64,000 bases of DNA from Oscillospiraceae bacterium (GTDB taxonomy: Bacteria; Bacillota; Clostridia; Christensenellales; Aristaeellaceae): the NCBI GenBank assembly GCA_031255415.1, contig JAIRSO010000020.1:27405-91404 (forward strand), given 5' to 3'. The position numbers and the translations under genes are program-made. Below are positions 29,041 through 38,555 of this stretch, in pieces. The notes below the pieces were generated by a model. It saw nothing but the letters and a program-made list of their open reading frames with translations. It was not told where the DNA came from and searched no databases. Numbering within the stretch: position 1 is the first letter of the stretch; each line of letters starts with the position of its first letter.

Positions 29041-29051
29041 ATTATACCACA
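29041..29051 (-). promoter_or_regulatory. Extended -10 element for rplS
   Basis: Minus strand reads TGTGGTATAAT. The -35 is poor. A leader of about 90 nt contains the GGGG-CUAAACU-CCCC hairpin. Confidence 0.45.
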
Positions 29052-29084
29052 TTACGGGTCTTGGATGCAATAGGTTTTTGAATT

Positions 29085-29113
29085 TTGATTTGCCGGACAG
29101 CCTGTGATATAAT
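29085..29113 (+). promoter_or_regulatory. Promoter for the ABC exporter operon
   Basis: TTGATT (29085-29090), 17 nt, TATAAT (29108-29113) with an upstream TG. It leaves a leader of about 200 nt before the TTG start at 29315. Confidence 0.6.
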
Positions 29114-29314
29114 CGTTTGCCCGCGCCATGAACCAGCTCGCGCGAACGGATCATCCTTGCGCAAGCGCCCCGGAGGGTTGGAAAGTGTAGGAAAGAAATC
29201 ATGGTTTTGACACGGTGCGTACATAATTTTCTGATAGTATATCCGTTGCCGGATCGTTACCGTTCGTCCCGCCCGCCGCTTTTATTGCGTTTACGCGCTT
29301 GCTAAGGAGTGTGA

Positions 29315-31501
29315 TTGCCGTTGCGGATGCTGCTCCGTCACCTTAAACCATTCTGGCCGATCGTCCTAATAGTGCTCGCTCTGCTCGCCGCGCAGGCCAT
29401 GCTGGAACTGGAACTGCCCGCTTACACGTCCGACATAGTGGACGTGGGCATTACTCAAAGCGGGATTACGTCCAGCGTGCCGGAGGTGATACGGCGATCC
29501 ACGCTGGACGACCTGGTTCTATTAATGCCCGCCGCCGAAGCGGAGTCTGTCCTCGACGCTTACGAACCGTATGACGATAATCCGTATAATACCGACGAAC
29601 CGATTCTTCGGTTGAAACCCGACGCGGACTCGTCCGTTATCGAGCGTCCGCTATCGACCGCGATGGCTATCGGCGCAATGTCCGCCCAACTGTCGGGTGC
29701 GGGCGACTCATCCGCGCAATCCAATCCGTTCGGCATGCTCCGCGCGATGCCCGAACTGCTTCGCTCCGCTATGCTCAACCAGATTCGCCAGCGCTTAGCC
29801 GATGTGCCCGAATCGCAGATCGAGCGGATCGGCGTGACGGCGGTCAAGGCGGAGTATGACGCGATCGGCGTGCCTGGCAAGCAGATAGGCTACATCGCGC
29901 TGGCTGGGCTGAAGATGCTGGCCGTCGCGCTGTTGGGGGCGGCAGCGTCCATCGGCGTGGGATATTTCTCCAGCCGGATCGCCGCGAGTCTGGGCAAGGC
30001 TCTGCGCAAGCGGACGTTCGAGCGCGTCGTGTCGTACAGCAATCAAGAGATAGGGAAATTCTCCACAGCCTCGCTGATCACGCGATGTACCAACGATATC
30101 CAGCAGATCCAACAGATGGTTGTAATGCTGATGCGGGTGCTGGTGTTCAGTCCGATCATGGCTGTGGGCGGTCTGCTCAAGGCGCTGGGCACGAATATGT
30201 CCATGGCGTGGGTGATCGCGGTCGGCGTGGCGTCCGTGCTGACGCTGGTCGGCACGCTGATGATCATAGCGATGCCCAAGTTCACGATCATGCAGAAACT
30301 CGTGGATAGGATCAACCTGGTCGTGCGCGAGCTGCTCACGGGCATGCAGGTCATCCGCGCGTTCAGCACGCAGAACCGCGAGCGCGAGCGCTTCGAGGAC
30401 GCGAACCAAAGGCTCACGCGAAACGCGCTGTTCATCAACCGCGCGATGTCGATGATGTTCCCGATGATGTCCCTGCTGATGAGCGGCACGATGGTGCTGA
30501 TCATCTGGGCGGGCGCGCGCTCGATCGACGCGGGCGCGATGCAGGTCGGCGAGATGATGGCGTTCATGCAGTACGCGATGCAGATCATCATGTCGTTCCT
30601 GATGATGTCGATGCTGTCGGTCATGCTCCCGCGCGCGCTGGTCTCGCTGGGGCGCATACAGGAGGTGCTGGACGTGAAGCCCGCGCTCCACGATCCGGAT
30701 CATCCCGCGAGATTCCCCGATCTGCCCGAACAGGACAGGGGAACCGTGCGCTTTGAGAACGTCGCGTTCCAGTACCCAGGCAGCGAGATGCCGGTGCTGT
30801 CCGGCGTCTCGTTTGAGGCAAAGCCGGGCACGACCACCGCGTTCATAGGCTCGACGGGCAGCGGCAAGACCACGCTGGTTAACCTCGTGCCCCGCTTCTT
30901 CGACGCGACCGAAGGCCGCGTCACGATCGACGGCGTGGACGTGCGCGACGTGACGCAAAGGGATCTGCGCGCGCGGATAGGGTTCGTGCCCCAGCAGGCG
31001 CTGCTGTTCTCCGGCGATATAGAGAGCAACATCAAGTACGGCGGGCGCGAGATATCCGACGGCGACATGAGGGAGGCCGCGAGGATCGCGCAGGCGGCGG
31101 AGTTTATTGAGGAGAATCCCGAAGGCTACGGCGGCGAGATAACCCAGGGCGGGGATAATGTTTCCGGCGGGCAGAGGCAGAGGCTGGCGATTGCGCGCGC
31201 GCTGGCTGGCAAGCCCGATATCATCGTGTTCGACGATAGTTTCTCCGCGCTGGACTTCCGCACCGACGCTAGGCTGCGCGCCGCGCTGAAGGAGAACACG
31301 GCGCACGCTACCATGCTTGTCGTGGCGCAGCGCGTATCGACCATTATGGGCGCGGATCAGATCATCGTGCTGGACGAAGGGCGGATCGTGGGGCAGGGCA
31401 CGCACCGCGAACTGCTCAAGACCTGTTCGGTCTATCAGGATATCGCGCAGACGCAGTTGTCCAGCGAAGAATTATATGGAACGGAGGCGGCGACCGTATG
31501 A
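29315..31501 (+). CDS. ABC exporter, fused permease/ATPase subunit 1 (heterodimeric type I exporter)
   Basis: Six-TM domain with a long loop after TM1. Walker A GSTGSGKTT, signature VSGGQRQR, Walker B IIVFDDSFS. AAGGAG RBS before the TTG. Confidence 0.88.
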   Translation: MPLRMLLRHLKPFWPIVLIVLALLAAQAMLELELPAYTSDIVDVGITQSGITSSVPEVIRRSTLDDLVLLMPAAEAESVLDAYEPYDDNPYNTDEPILRLKPDADSSVIERPLSTAMAIGAMSAQLSGAGDSSAQSNPFGMLRAMPELLRSAMLNQIRQRLADVPESQIERIGVTAVKAEYDAIGVPGKQIGYIALAGLKMLAVALLGAAASIGVGYFSSRIAASLGKALRKRTFERVVSYSNQEIGKFSTASLITRCTNDIQQIQQMVVMLMRVLVFSPIMAVGGLLKALGTNMSMAWVIAVGVASVLTLVGTLMIIAMPKFTIMQKLVDRINLVVRELLTGMQVIRAFSTQNRERERFEDANQRLTRNALFINRAMSMMFPMMSLLMSGTMVLIIWAGARSIDAGAMQVGEMMAFMQYAMQIIMSFLMMSMLSVMLPRALVSLGRIQEVLDVKPALHDPDHPARFPDLPEQDRGTVRFENVAFQYPGSEMPVLSGVSFEAKPGTTTAFIGSTGSGKTTLVNLVPRFFDATEGRVTIDGVDVRDVTQRDLRARIGFVPQQALLFSGDIESNIKYGGREISDGDMREAARIAQAAEFIEENPEGYGGEITQGGDNVSGGQRQRLAIARALAGKPDIIVFDDSFSALDFRTDARLRAALKENTAHATMLVVAQRVSTIMGADQIIVLDEGRIVGQGTHRELLKTCSVYQDIAQTQLSSEELYGTEAATV

Positions 31502-33366
31502 GCCAGGACGGTAACTCGAAATCCTTCAAGCCGGCGCGCCGCCGCATAGCGGGCGGTCCGGGCAGCGGCCCGCCGGGCATGCACATGACCGAGAAACCCA
31601 GGGATTTTAAGGGCACGCTGGGCAAGCTGTTCCGGATGATGCTGGCGTACCGCGTACAGCTGGCGTTCGTGCTGGTGTTCGCGGTGGGCGGCGCGGCGTT
31701 CTCGATAGTCAGCCCGCGCATAATGGGCAGCGCCACTACCGAGATATTCAACGGCCTGATGAGCAAGCTGCAGGGCGGTGGTGAGGGTGGGATCGACTTT
31801 GGCAAGGTCGGCTCGATCCTGATCAACGTGCTTTTGCTGTACGCCGCAAGCTCCCTGCTGATGTATGTGCAGGGCTGGATAATGAGCGGATTGACTCAGC
31901 GCACGGCTTACGATCTGCGCAAGAGCCTATCCGACAAACTGCATCATCTGCCGATGCGTTTCTTCGATAAATATACCAACGGCGAGATCCTCTCGCGCGT
32001 CACCAACGACGTGGACACCCTCGCCATGAACATGAACCAGGTCATGACGCAGTTCGTCACGGCTACCGCCACGGTGCTGGGCACGCTGTACATGATGCTG
32101 TCGATCAACGGGTGGATGACGCTGGTCGCGCTGGCGACACTGCCGCTGACGATGTTCGGCGCGATGGGCGTCATGAGGCGCAGCCAGAAATACTTCCAGC
32201 AGCAGCAGGAGTATCTAGGGCACGTGAACGGGCAGGTGGAGGAGGTCTTTGGCGGGCATCAGATCGTCAAGGCGTTCAACGCGGAGGGCGAGGTCGTGGC
32301 GCGGTTCGACGAGGATAACGATCGGCTCGCCGAGAGCGCGCGCAAGAGCCAGTTCCTGTCCGGCCTGATGATGCCGATCGCGATGATGATAGGCAACATC
32401 GGTTATGTGCTCGTGTCGATATTCGGGGGGATACTGGCGGCGCGGGGCGCGATCGCCGTGGGCGACATACAGGCGTTCGTGCAGTATGTGCGCCAGTTCA
32501 ACCAGCCGATCACTCAGCTAGCGCAGGCGTTCAACATGATCCAGGCTATGCTGGCGGCTGCGGAGCGCGTGTTCGATCTGCTGGATGAGCCTGAAGAGAG
32601 CCAGACCGTCGAAAATCCCGTCTCGATAGAGGGGCTGGCGGGCGAGGTGGCGTTTGATCATATCCGGTTCGGGTACGTGCCGGAGAAAACGATCATCAAT
32701 GATTTCTCCGCCGACATAAAGCCGGGCATGCGCGTTGCTATAGTCGGCCCGACGGGCGCGGGCAAGACCACCATCGTCAAACTGCTGATGCGTTTTTACG
32801 ATGTGGATTCAGGCGCGATATGCGTAGACTCGCACGATCTGCGCGCGTTCAACCGCTCGGAGCTGCGCGATTTGTTCGGGATGGTATTGCAGGACACGTG
32901 GCTGTTCAGCGGGAGTATAATGGAGAACATCCGTTATGGGAAGCTGACCGCGACGGACGAGGAGGTCATGCAGGCCGCGGCGGTCGCCGACGTGGATCAT
33001 TTCGTGCGCACGCTCCCCGAAGGCTATCAGATGGAGTTGAACGAGGAATCCTCTAACATATCGCAAGGCCAGAAGCAGTTACTGACGATAGCGCGCGCGC
33101 TGCTGGCGAACCCGAAGATACTCATACTCGACGAGGCTACCAGTTCGGTGGATACGCGCACCGAGATGCGCATCCAGAACGCGATGCATCGCTTAACGCA
33201 GGGCCGAACCAGTTTCATCATAGCGCACAGGCTCTCGACTATACGCAACGCCGATTTGATATTGGTTATGCGGGATGGGGATATAGTGGAGCAGGGTACG
33301 CACGAGGGGCTGCTGGAACGCGATGGATTCTACGCGGAGTTGTATCAGAGCCAGTTCGCGCATTGA
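31498..33366 (+). CDS. ABC exporter, fused permease/ATPase subunit 2
   Basis: Walker A GPTGAGKTT, signature ISQGQKQL, Walker B ILILDEATS. Its start overlaps the upstream stop. Confidence 0.88.
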   Translation: MSQDGNSKSFKPARRRIAGGPGSGPPGMHMTEKPRDFKGTLGKLFRMMLAYRVQLAFVLVFAVGGAAFSIVSPRIMGSATTEIFNGLMSKLQGGGEGGIDFGKVGSILINVLLLYAASSLLMYVQGWIMSGLTQRTAYDLRKSLSDKLHHLPMRFFDKYTNGEILSRVTNDVDTLAMNMNQVMTQFVTATATVLGTLYMMLSINGWMTLVALATLPLTMFGAMGVMRRSQKYFQQQQEYLGHVNGQVEEVFGGHQIVKAFNAEGEVVARFDEDNDRLAESARKSQFLSGLMMPIAMMIGNIGYVLVSIFGGILAARGAIAVGDIQAFVQYVRQFNQPITQLAQAFNMIQAMLAAAERVFDLLDEPEESQTVENPVSIEGLAGEVAFDHIRFGYVPEKTIINDFSADIKPGMRVAIVGPTGAGKTTIVKLLMRFYDVDSGAICVDSHDLRAFNRSELRDLFGMVLQDTWLFSGSIMENIRYGKLTATDEEVMQAAAVADVDHFVRTLPEGYQMELNEESSNISQGQKQLLTIARALLANPKILILDEATSSVDTRTEMRIQNAMHRLTQGRTSFIIAHRLSTIRNADLILVMRDGDIVEQGTHEGLLERDGFYAELYQSQFAH

Positions 33367-33413
33367 GCGTGCATTCAATCTTGAATCGATGGAGGGGGGC
33401 GCGCCGTCCCCCT

Positions 33414-34679
33414 CTACTCCCTCGCCTGGCTCGCCGGCGCTATCGCGACCGCCCTTAGCGATTTACTGCACAGGATCGGAATCAACAGCGCGATGATCCC
33501 TATGCCCGTCGCTATCAACAGCGAGTCTATCGATACGCGATCCGACAGCGGCCCGAAAAACACCATCCCCAGCGGCATAGCCGCGCCGGAGATCATCATA
33601 AAGAACGAGAACACGCGTCCGAGCATGGACGGCTCGACGTTGGTCTGTATCATCACCGCCGAAGGCGTGTTATACAGCGGCATCGATATTCCTATAACCG
33701 CCATCATCGTTAAGTAAAACACGAAGTTACCCGTTACGCCCAGCATGATCGTGCATCCGCCGAACAACGCGTCCGCCACCGCCATGGACAGCACGCGGTT
33801 CTTGAACCCGCCCCATACCCCCAGCGCAAGCCCGCCCAGCGTAACGCCCACCGCGAAGGTCATCTCAATCGCGGTCAGCCGCCACACCTCCGCGCCGAAG
33901 TCGCGCGTCACCTGCAGCGGCGTTAGCAAAGCTACGGGACACATCAGCAGTTGGAATACAATAGCCAGTCCCAGCAATTGCAGTATGAACGCGTGCCGCG
34001 CCACATACCGGAACCCATCGCGCAGATCGCTGAAATAGCGCGCGGCGGCTTTGCCTTCGGTTTTCGCGGCGGGAACGTCCGGCACGCGAACCAAGAAGAA
34101 CAGTATGCCTATGCCTATCGCGGCGGTCAATACGTCCGCTAGGAACAGAACCGACAGCGGCGCGGCGGCCATCAGCGCGCCGCTTACGGCCGGCGCGGCT
34201 AATCCCAGCGCGGAGTTAACGCCGCTCTGTATCCCGCTGACGCGCGTTAGTTGATCCTGCGGAACGATCTGCGGTATCAGCGCTCCGCCCGCCGGATTCT
34301 GAACGCCTTGACCAAACGAGCGCACCGCCGCGCATACCAACAGCATGCCCACCTCGTCTACGCCGATCCACAGGAACGCCGCAGCGATAAGGCTCGCCAG
34401 CGCTATCGCCGAATCTGCTAGGTTGATGATCAGCTTGCGGTTCCAGCGATCAGCCCACACCCCGGCGAACGGCGCGGTTATCAGCATCGGTAAAAATCCA
34501 GCCAGCGTGAACAACGTTATCATTGAACCGGATTGCGTCTTCAGCGTCACGTGCCAGATGATAGCGTATTGCACCATCATCGATCCAAACGTGGATAACG
34601 CTTGACCGCCTACGAACAGCCCGACGTTAAGCTTCCATGGTTTAGCGGGATCAGCGGCGTTAGCGCCGTTGTTATCCAT
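33414..34679 (-). CDS. MFS transporter (efflux-type, about 12 TM)
   Basis: Hydrophobic throughout, with the MFS motif-A-like GVWADRWNRK. The ATG at 34679 is chosen; the upstream part of the tracked ORF is non-hydrophobic. Confidence 0.8.
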   Translation of the reverse strand: MDNNGANAADPAKPWKLNVGLFVGGQALSTFGSMMVQYAIIWHVTLKTQSGSMITLFTLAGFLPMLITAPFAGVWADRWNRKLIINLADSAIALASLIAAAFLWIGVDEVGMLLVCAAVRSFGQGVQNPAGGALIPQIVPQDQLTRVSGIQSGVNSALGLAAPAVSGALMAAAPLSVLFLADVLTAAIGIGILFFLVRVPDVPAAKTEGKAAARYFSDLRDGFRYVARHAFILQLLGLAIVFQLLMCPVALLTPLQVTRDFGAEVWRLTAIEMTFAVGVTLGGLALGVWGGFKNRVLSMAVADALFGGCTIMLGVTGNFVFYLTMMAVIGISMPLYNTPSAVMIQTNVEPSMLGRVFSFFMMISGAAMPLGMVFFGPLSDRVSIDSLLIATGIGIIALLIPILCSKSLRAVAIAPASQARE

Positions 34680-34717
34680 TGCGGATATTCTCCATTTCGT
34701 ATAATTGTTCGGACTTG

Positions 34718-36046
34718 TTATAATCCGATCGCCGCGACAGCCAGAGCTAATTCCAGCCTCTTGCGCTGCATCGCGCATCCTAACTCGTATGGTTTATCAA
34801 GCCTACCGTTCATCGCCAGCGCGTTCGCGCAGCATCCCCCGCTGCAGAAATACTTGGCCCAGCACGCGCGGCAGTCGGGTTTATTGAGCACATGGTTGCT
34901 TGCGAACACGCGCTGCATATCGCTGTCGAAAGCGCCCGTCGTCGCGTCTCCGATCTCCCACCCGTCGCGGCCTACGAACTGATGGCACGGATACAGCCTG
35001 CCTTCCGGCGTGACCGCGACATACTCGTTCCCCGCTCCGCATCCGGTCAGCCGCTTGCGCAGACACGGCCCGTTCTCCAGATCCACATTAAAGTGGAAGA
35101 ACGAGAACGGCCGGCCTTCCCGCCTTCGCCGAACGTAAGCCTCCGCCAGCTTGTCATATTCATCCAGTATCTGCGGCAGATGTTCCGGCCTTAACGCGTA
35201 AGGTTCGTCCTGCGACGCTACTACAGGCTCCACCGACACATGCTCAAACCCCGCGTCCGCCAGAGCCAGCGCGTCGTTTGTGAAATCCAGATTGAACGCG
35301 GTGAACGTCCCGCGCGCGTAGTACGACTTGCCGCCGCGGCCCTCGATCAGCCTAAGCGCGCCTTCCAGCGCGCGGTCATACGAGCCATGCCCGCCCGCGT
35401 CCGGACGCATCCTATCGTGCACCTCGCGCCGTCCGTCCAGCGACAACACGCAGTTGTCCATCTCCTCGTTGATGAACCGTATCGCGCCGTCAGTTAATCC
35501 AATGGCGTTCGTCGTGATCGTGAACGAGAAACGCTTGCCCGTCCCGCGCTCCCGTTCGCGTCCGTAGGCCACGATCTCCTTTACGGCGGGCAGATTCAAC
35601 AGCGGCTCGCCGCCGAAGAAGTCCGCTTCAAGCGCGCGGCGCGATCCGCTCTTTGATATCAGCCAGTCCAGCGCGGCCTTGCCCACCTCGACGGACATGC
35701 GCGCGCGCGACGGATCGCGGTACGTCCCGTCGTGCGCGAAGCAGTATCGGCATCGCAGGTTGCAATCGTGAGCGGCATGCAGGCACATCGCCTTTACCGT
35801 GCCCGGTTCGCTCAACAGCGACGCGTCGTAATCGTCGGGCGAGTCCAGCGCGCCGCTTTCGCGCAGTTCGTCCAGTTCGCGCGCGACCGCCTCGGCTTCT
35901 CGTTCCGGATAACGCGACAGCAGCCGCGCGCGTTCAACCGGATCGGGGTTCAGCGCGTCAAACGCGATCCCGTCCAGTTGATGCAGCGCGCCGCTGCCCG
36001 TGTCCAGAGCCAGTTTCAGTCCTAGCGCCTCAAAGGTATGTACCAC
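34718..36046 (-). CDS. scfB: Radical SAM/SPASM thioether-forming maturase for the SCIFF peptide
   Basis: CNLRCRYC radical-SAM cluster motif. C-terminal SPASM cysteine clusters (CGAGNEY...CHQF, CRACWAKYFCSGGC). Lies immediately downstream of the SCIFF precursor. Confidence 0.88.
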   Translation of the reverse strand: MVHTFEALGLKLALDTGSGALHQLDGIAFDALNPDPVERARLLSRYPEREAEAVARELDELRESGALDSPDDYDASLLSEPGTVKAMCLHAAHDCNLRCRYCFAHDGTYRDPSRARMSVEVGKAALDWLISKSGSRRALEADFFGGEPLLNLPAVKEIVAYGRERERGTGKRFSFTITTNAIGLTDGAIRFINEEMDNCVLSLDGRREVHDRMRPDAGGHGSYDRALEGALRLIEGRGGKSYYARGTFTAFNLDFTNDALALADAGFEHVSVEPVVASQDEPYALRPEHLPQILDEYDKLAEAYVRRRREGRPFSFFHFNVDLENGPCLRKRLTGCGAGNEYVAVTPEGRLYPCHQFVGRDGWEIGDATTGAFDSDMQRVFASNHVLNKPDCRACWAKYFCSGGCCANALAMNGRLDKPYELGCAMQRKRLELALAVAAIGL

Positions 36047-36055
36047 TTGCCGCTG

Positions 36056-36250
36056 TCAGACGGCGGCGTTATGCTTGATAACGGGCGCGCGGCGCTCCTG
36101 GCGCTTGCATTGCTGATTGGCTACCGTGCAGCTGGTCTTGCACGCGGACTGGCAGCTAGCCTGGCATTCCCCGCATCCGCCGTGTTCCAGACTCTCGCGC
36201 AGACAAGCGGCGTTGACGGTGCGTATGTGCCTATTGTTGATCGATTCCAT
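36056..36250 (-). CDS. scfA: SCIFF (six-cysteines-in-forty-five) ribosomal peptide precursor, extended variant (64 aa)
   Basis: Core GGCGECQASCQSACKTSCTVANQQC and leader RHIRTVN...LRESL. GGAGAG RBS 8 nt before the ATG at 36250. Confidence 0.88.
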   Translation of the reverse strand: MESINNRHIRTVNAACLRESLEHGGCGECQASCQSACKTSCTVANQQCKRQERRAPVIKHNAAV

Positions 36251-36298
36251 GCCGGACACTCTCCTTTATAATCAAACGTTACCGTTGGGTTACCGAAT

Positions 36299-38101
36299 CT
36301 ATGCGTCCGCGCCCGCTCCAATGACCGCGCGTATCCTGCGCACGCCGGCGGAAGACGCTTCCTCCTTCTGGATCTTGAACGACCGCAGTTCCCCGGTGCG
36401 CGACGCGTGCGGCCCGCCGCAAATCTCCTTCGACGCGGAACCCATCGTGTATACCTTGACCCTCTCGCCGTACTTGCTCTCAAACAGCCCTATCGCGCCT
36501 TCCTCGCGCGCCTCGTCCACGGTCATTTCCCTGCAGTCGATGGGATAATCGGCCTGGATGGACTCGTTGACCAGGCGCTCCGCCTCGGCCAGTTCATCCT
36601 TGGTCATCTTGCGTCCGAATGAGAAGTCGAAGCGCAGCCGTTCCGTTGTTATATTTGATCCTCTTTGGGCGACTTCGCTGCCCAGCGTCTTGCGAAGCGC
36701 GGCGTGTAATAGATGGGTTGCCGTGTGCAGACGCGCGGTTTGATCGCTGGAGTCGGCTAGTCCGCCCTTGAAACGCTGTTCCGCTCCCGCTTGAGACTTC
36801 TTCTGATGCTCCGCGAAATGCTTGCGGAATCCGGCTTCATCAACGTCCAGCCCGCGTTCGCGCGCCAACTCGGCGGTGATCTCGATCGGGAAGCCGTATG
36901 TATCGTACAGATGGAACGCGGTCAAGCCGTCGATCAACCCGGTGGTAAGCCTTGACGCGGCCTTCTCAAACTCGCGCGTGCCTTGCTGCAGCGTGCGCTG
37001 GAACCTGCCCTCTTCCAATAGTAACTGCTCCTGTATAAAACCTTCCGCTTTACCCAACTCCGGGTAAGGCTCGCGGTACTTTTCTATGATCACTTGCGCG
37101 ATCTTCGCCGTGAATCCCTCCGGTGCGCCCAGCCTCATCCCGTGCCTTACAGCCCTGCGGATCAGCCTGCGCAGTACGTATCCTTGATCGACGTTCGACG
37201 GAGTCACCCCGCGCGGATCGCCTATGATGAATACGGACGTGCGGATATGGTCGGCCACTATCCGGAACGACTTAGCCGTTTCAGCATCCGGATCGTATAC
37301 CTTGCCCGTCAGTTCCTCAATCCTGTTGAGGATCGGCGTGAATAGATCGGTCTCGTAGACGGACTTCTTGCCCGTCAGCACGCACAGCGTGCGCTCTAGT
37401 CCCATGCCCGTATCGACGTTCGGCTTTGCCAGCGGAACCAGCGTCCCGTCCGGCAGTCCGTTATACTGCATGAATACGTCGTTCCATATCTCAAGATAAC
37501 GCCCGCATGAGCACGCGGGCGAACAGTCCGGCCCGCACGGCTCCTTGTCCGTGATGATGAACATCTCGGAGTCCGGCCCGCATGGCCCGATCCTGCTGGG
37601 TAATCCCCACCAGTTATTCTCAGCCGGCAGATAGAATATCCGCTCCGCCGGAACGCCTTGCTCCCTCCATAACTGGAATGACGCGTCGTCGCGCGGCGCG
37701 TTCTCATCGCCCGCGAACACGCTGAACGCCAGCTTATCTTTAGGTATGCCCAGCCACTGTTCGCTCGTCAGAAATTCCCACGACCAAGGTATTGCCTTCT
37801 CTTTAAAATAATCGCCAAGCGACCAGTTGCCCAGCATCTCGAAGAACGTCAGGTGCGACGAGTCGCCTACGTCGTCAATATCGCCGGTGCGCAAGCACTT
37901 CTGCACGTCGGTCAGGCGCTTTCCGGCTGGATGCGCCGCGCCTAATAAGTATGGCACCAGCGGATGCATCCCCGCCGTCGTGAATAGCACCGTCGGATCG
38001 TTCTCCGGGATGAGCGACGCGGATGGGATCACGGTGTGACCGCGTTCCTCAAAGAATCGTAGATACAGCGCGCGTAGCTCGCCGCTGGTAATGGATAACA
38101 T
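36299..38101 (-). CDS. alaS: Alanine--tRNA ligase, short form lacking the C-Ala domain (600 aa)
   Basis: Class II AlaRS N-terminus (FFEERGH, FTTAGM, FFEMLGNWS, WNDVFMQY, DTGMGLER), a tRNA-recognition middle domain, and editing-domain motifs HTATHLLH and CGGPH. The ORF stops right after the editing domain. Confidence 0.85.
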   Translation of the reverse strand: MLSITSGELRALYLRFFEERGHTVIPSASLIPENDPTVLFTTAGMHPLVPYLLGAAHPAGKRLTDVQKCLRTGDIDDVGDSSHLTFFEMLGNWSLGDYFKEKAIPWSWEFLTSEQWLGIPKDKLAFSVFAGDENAPRDDASFQLWREQGVPAERIFYLPAENNWWGLPSRIGPCGPDSEMFIITDKEPCGPDCSPACSCGRYLEIWNDVFMQYNGLPDGTLVPLAKPNVDTGMGLERTLCVLTGKKSVYETDLFTPILNRIEELTGKVYDPDAETAKSFRIVADHIRTSVFIIGDPRGVTPSNVDQGYVLRRLIRRAVRHGMRLGAPEGFTAKIAQVIIEKYREPYPELGKAEGFIQEQLLLEEGRFQRTLQQGTREFEKAASRLTTGLIDGLTAFHLYDTYGFPIEITAELARERGLDVDEAGFRKHFAEHQKKSQAGAEQRFKGGLADSSDQTARLHTATHLLHAALRKTLGSEVAQRGSNITTERLRFDFSFGRKMTKDELAEAERLVNESIQADYPIDCREMTVDEAREEGAIGLFESKYGERVKVYTMGSASKEICGGPHASRTGELRSFKIQKEEASSAGVRRIRAVIGAGADA

Positions 38102-38142
38102 TAAGGCTCCCCCTTCATTAAAGAACGACGTTAACGCTAATT

Positions 38143-38171
38143 AGATTAGCATTGGCAGGGATGGTTGTCAA
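38143..38171 (-). promoter_or_regulatory. Promoter of the short alaS gene
   Basis: Minus strand reads TTGACA (38166-38171), 17 nt, TAATCT (38143-38148). The leader is about 40 nt with a GGGGGAG RBS, which leaves no room for a T-box. Confidence 0.55.
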
Positions 38172-38230
38172 GGCGGAGAGGATGAATTGTGGGGAACGGG
38201 GGGACGAGGAACGGGGTGCGGTTCATACAA

Positions 38231-38262
38231 GGGTTTGTTGTAAGTGCGCTTACAACAAACCC
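38231..38262. terminator. 14-bp perfect hairpin (possible terminator of the upstream element or HD gene)
   Basis: GGGTTTGTTGTAAG-TGCG-CTTACAACAAACCC. Flanking T content is weak on both strands. Confidence 0.45.
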
Positions 38263-38291
38263 GTATCCCATTTTGATCCGCAGCGTGACCC

Positions 38292-38379
38292 GCCGTCAAG
38301 GTCGGGTAGTATTTTCCGATGGGCATACCGGACGGACACGGTATGCCCATCGGTAAATCTCCACCCTACCCTTGACGGC
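38292..38379. repeat. Nested inverted repeat X (88 nt)
   Basis: Outer arms GCCGTCAAGG..GGGTAG / CTACCC-TTGACGGC. Inner perfect 15-bp stem CCGATGGGCATACCG / CGGTATGCCCATCGG (38316-38353). Confidence 0.7.
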
Positions 38380-38396
38380 TAGAGGGGATAGCCTCC

Positions 38397-38555
38397 AGTA
38401 GTCTGCTAAGTCCAAACCTCAAGTTATGAGCGAGAGATTTTCGTTGCTCGCTAAGGCGAGTGGAGGGGCGGACTGGAGGTCCGTCGACGGAAAGAACCGA
38501 CGCGAGCGGCGAAAAGATCCGCTCATAACTGAGTGTTTGGACTTTGCAGACTACT
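38397..38555. repeat. Long imperfect inverted repeat Y (36-nt arms enclosing about 87 nt with three internal hairpins); candidate structured RNA or MITE
   Basis: Arm 38397-38432 (AGTAGTCTGCTAAGTCCAAACCTCAAGTTATGAGCG) pairs with 38520-38555 at 31 of 36 positions. Interior stems are AGCGAG/CTCGCT, GGAC/GTCC and GAGCGG/CCGCTC. Confidence 0.65.

Noticed and set aside
29128-29190. 20-codon ORF (MNQLARTDHPCASAPEGWKV) in the roughly 200-nt leader of the ABC exporter operon, as a possible attenuation leader peptide.
   Set aside because: There is no SD, and I could not identify an obvious terminator/antiterminator pair downstream.
38397-38555. Retron msr/msd, SRP RNA or tmRNA as explanations for the long inverted repeat.
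   Set aside because: There is no reverse transcriptase nearby. The SRP domain IV consensus (GGUCCGGAAGGAAGCAGCC-like) is absent, and so are a tRNA-like acceptor end and tag ORF. A 6S-like or Y-RNA-like fold remains only a hypothesis in the findings.
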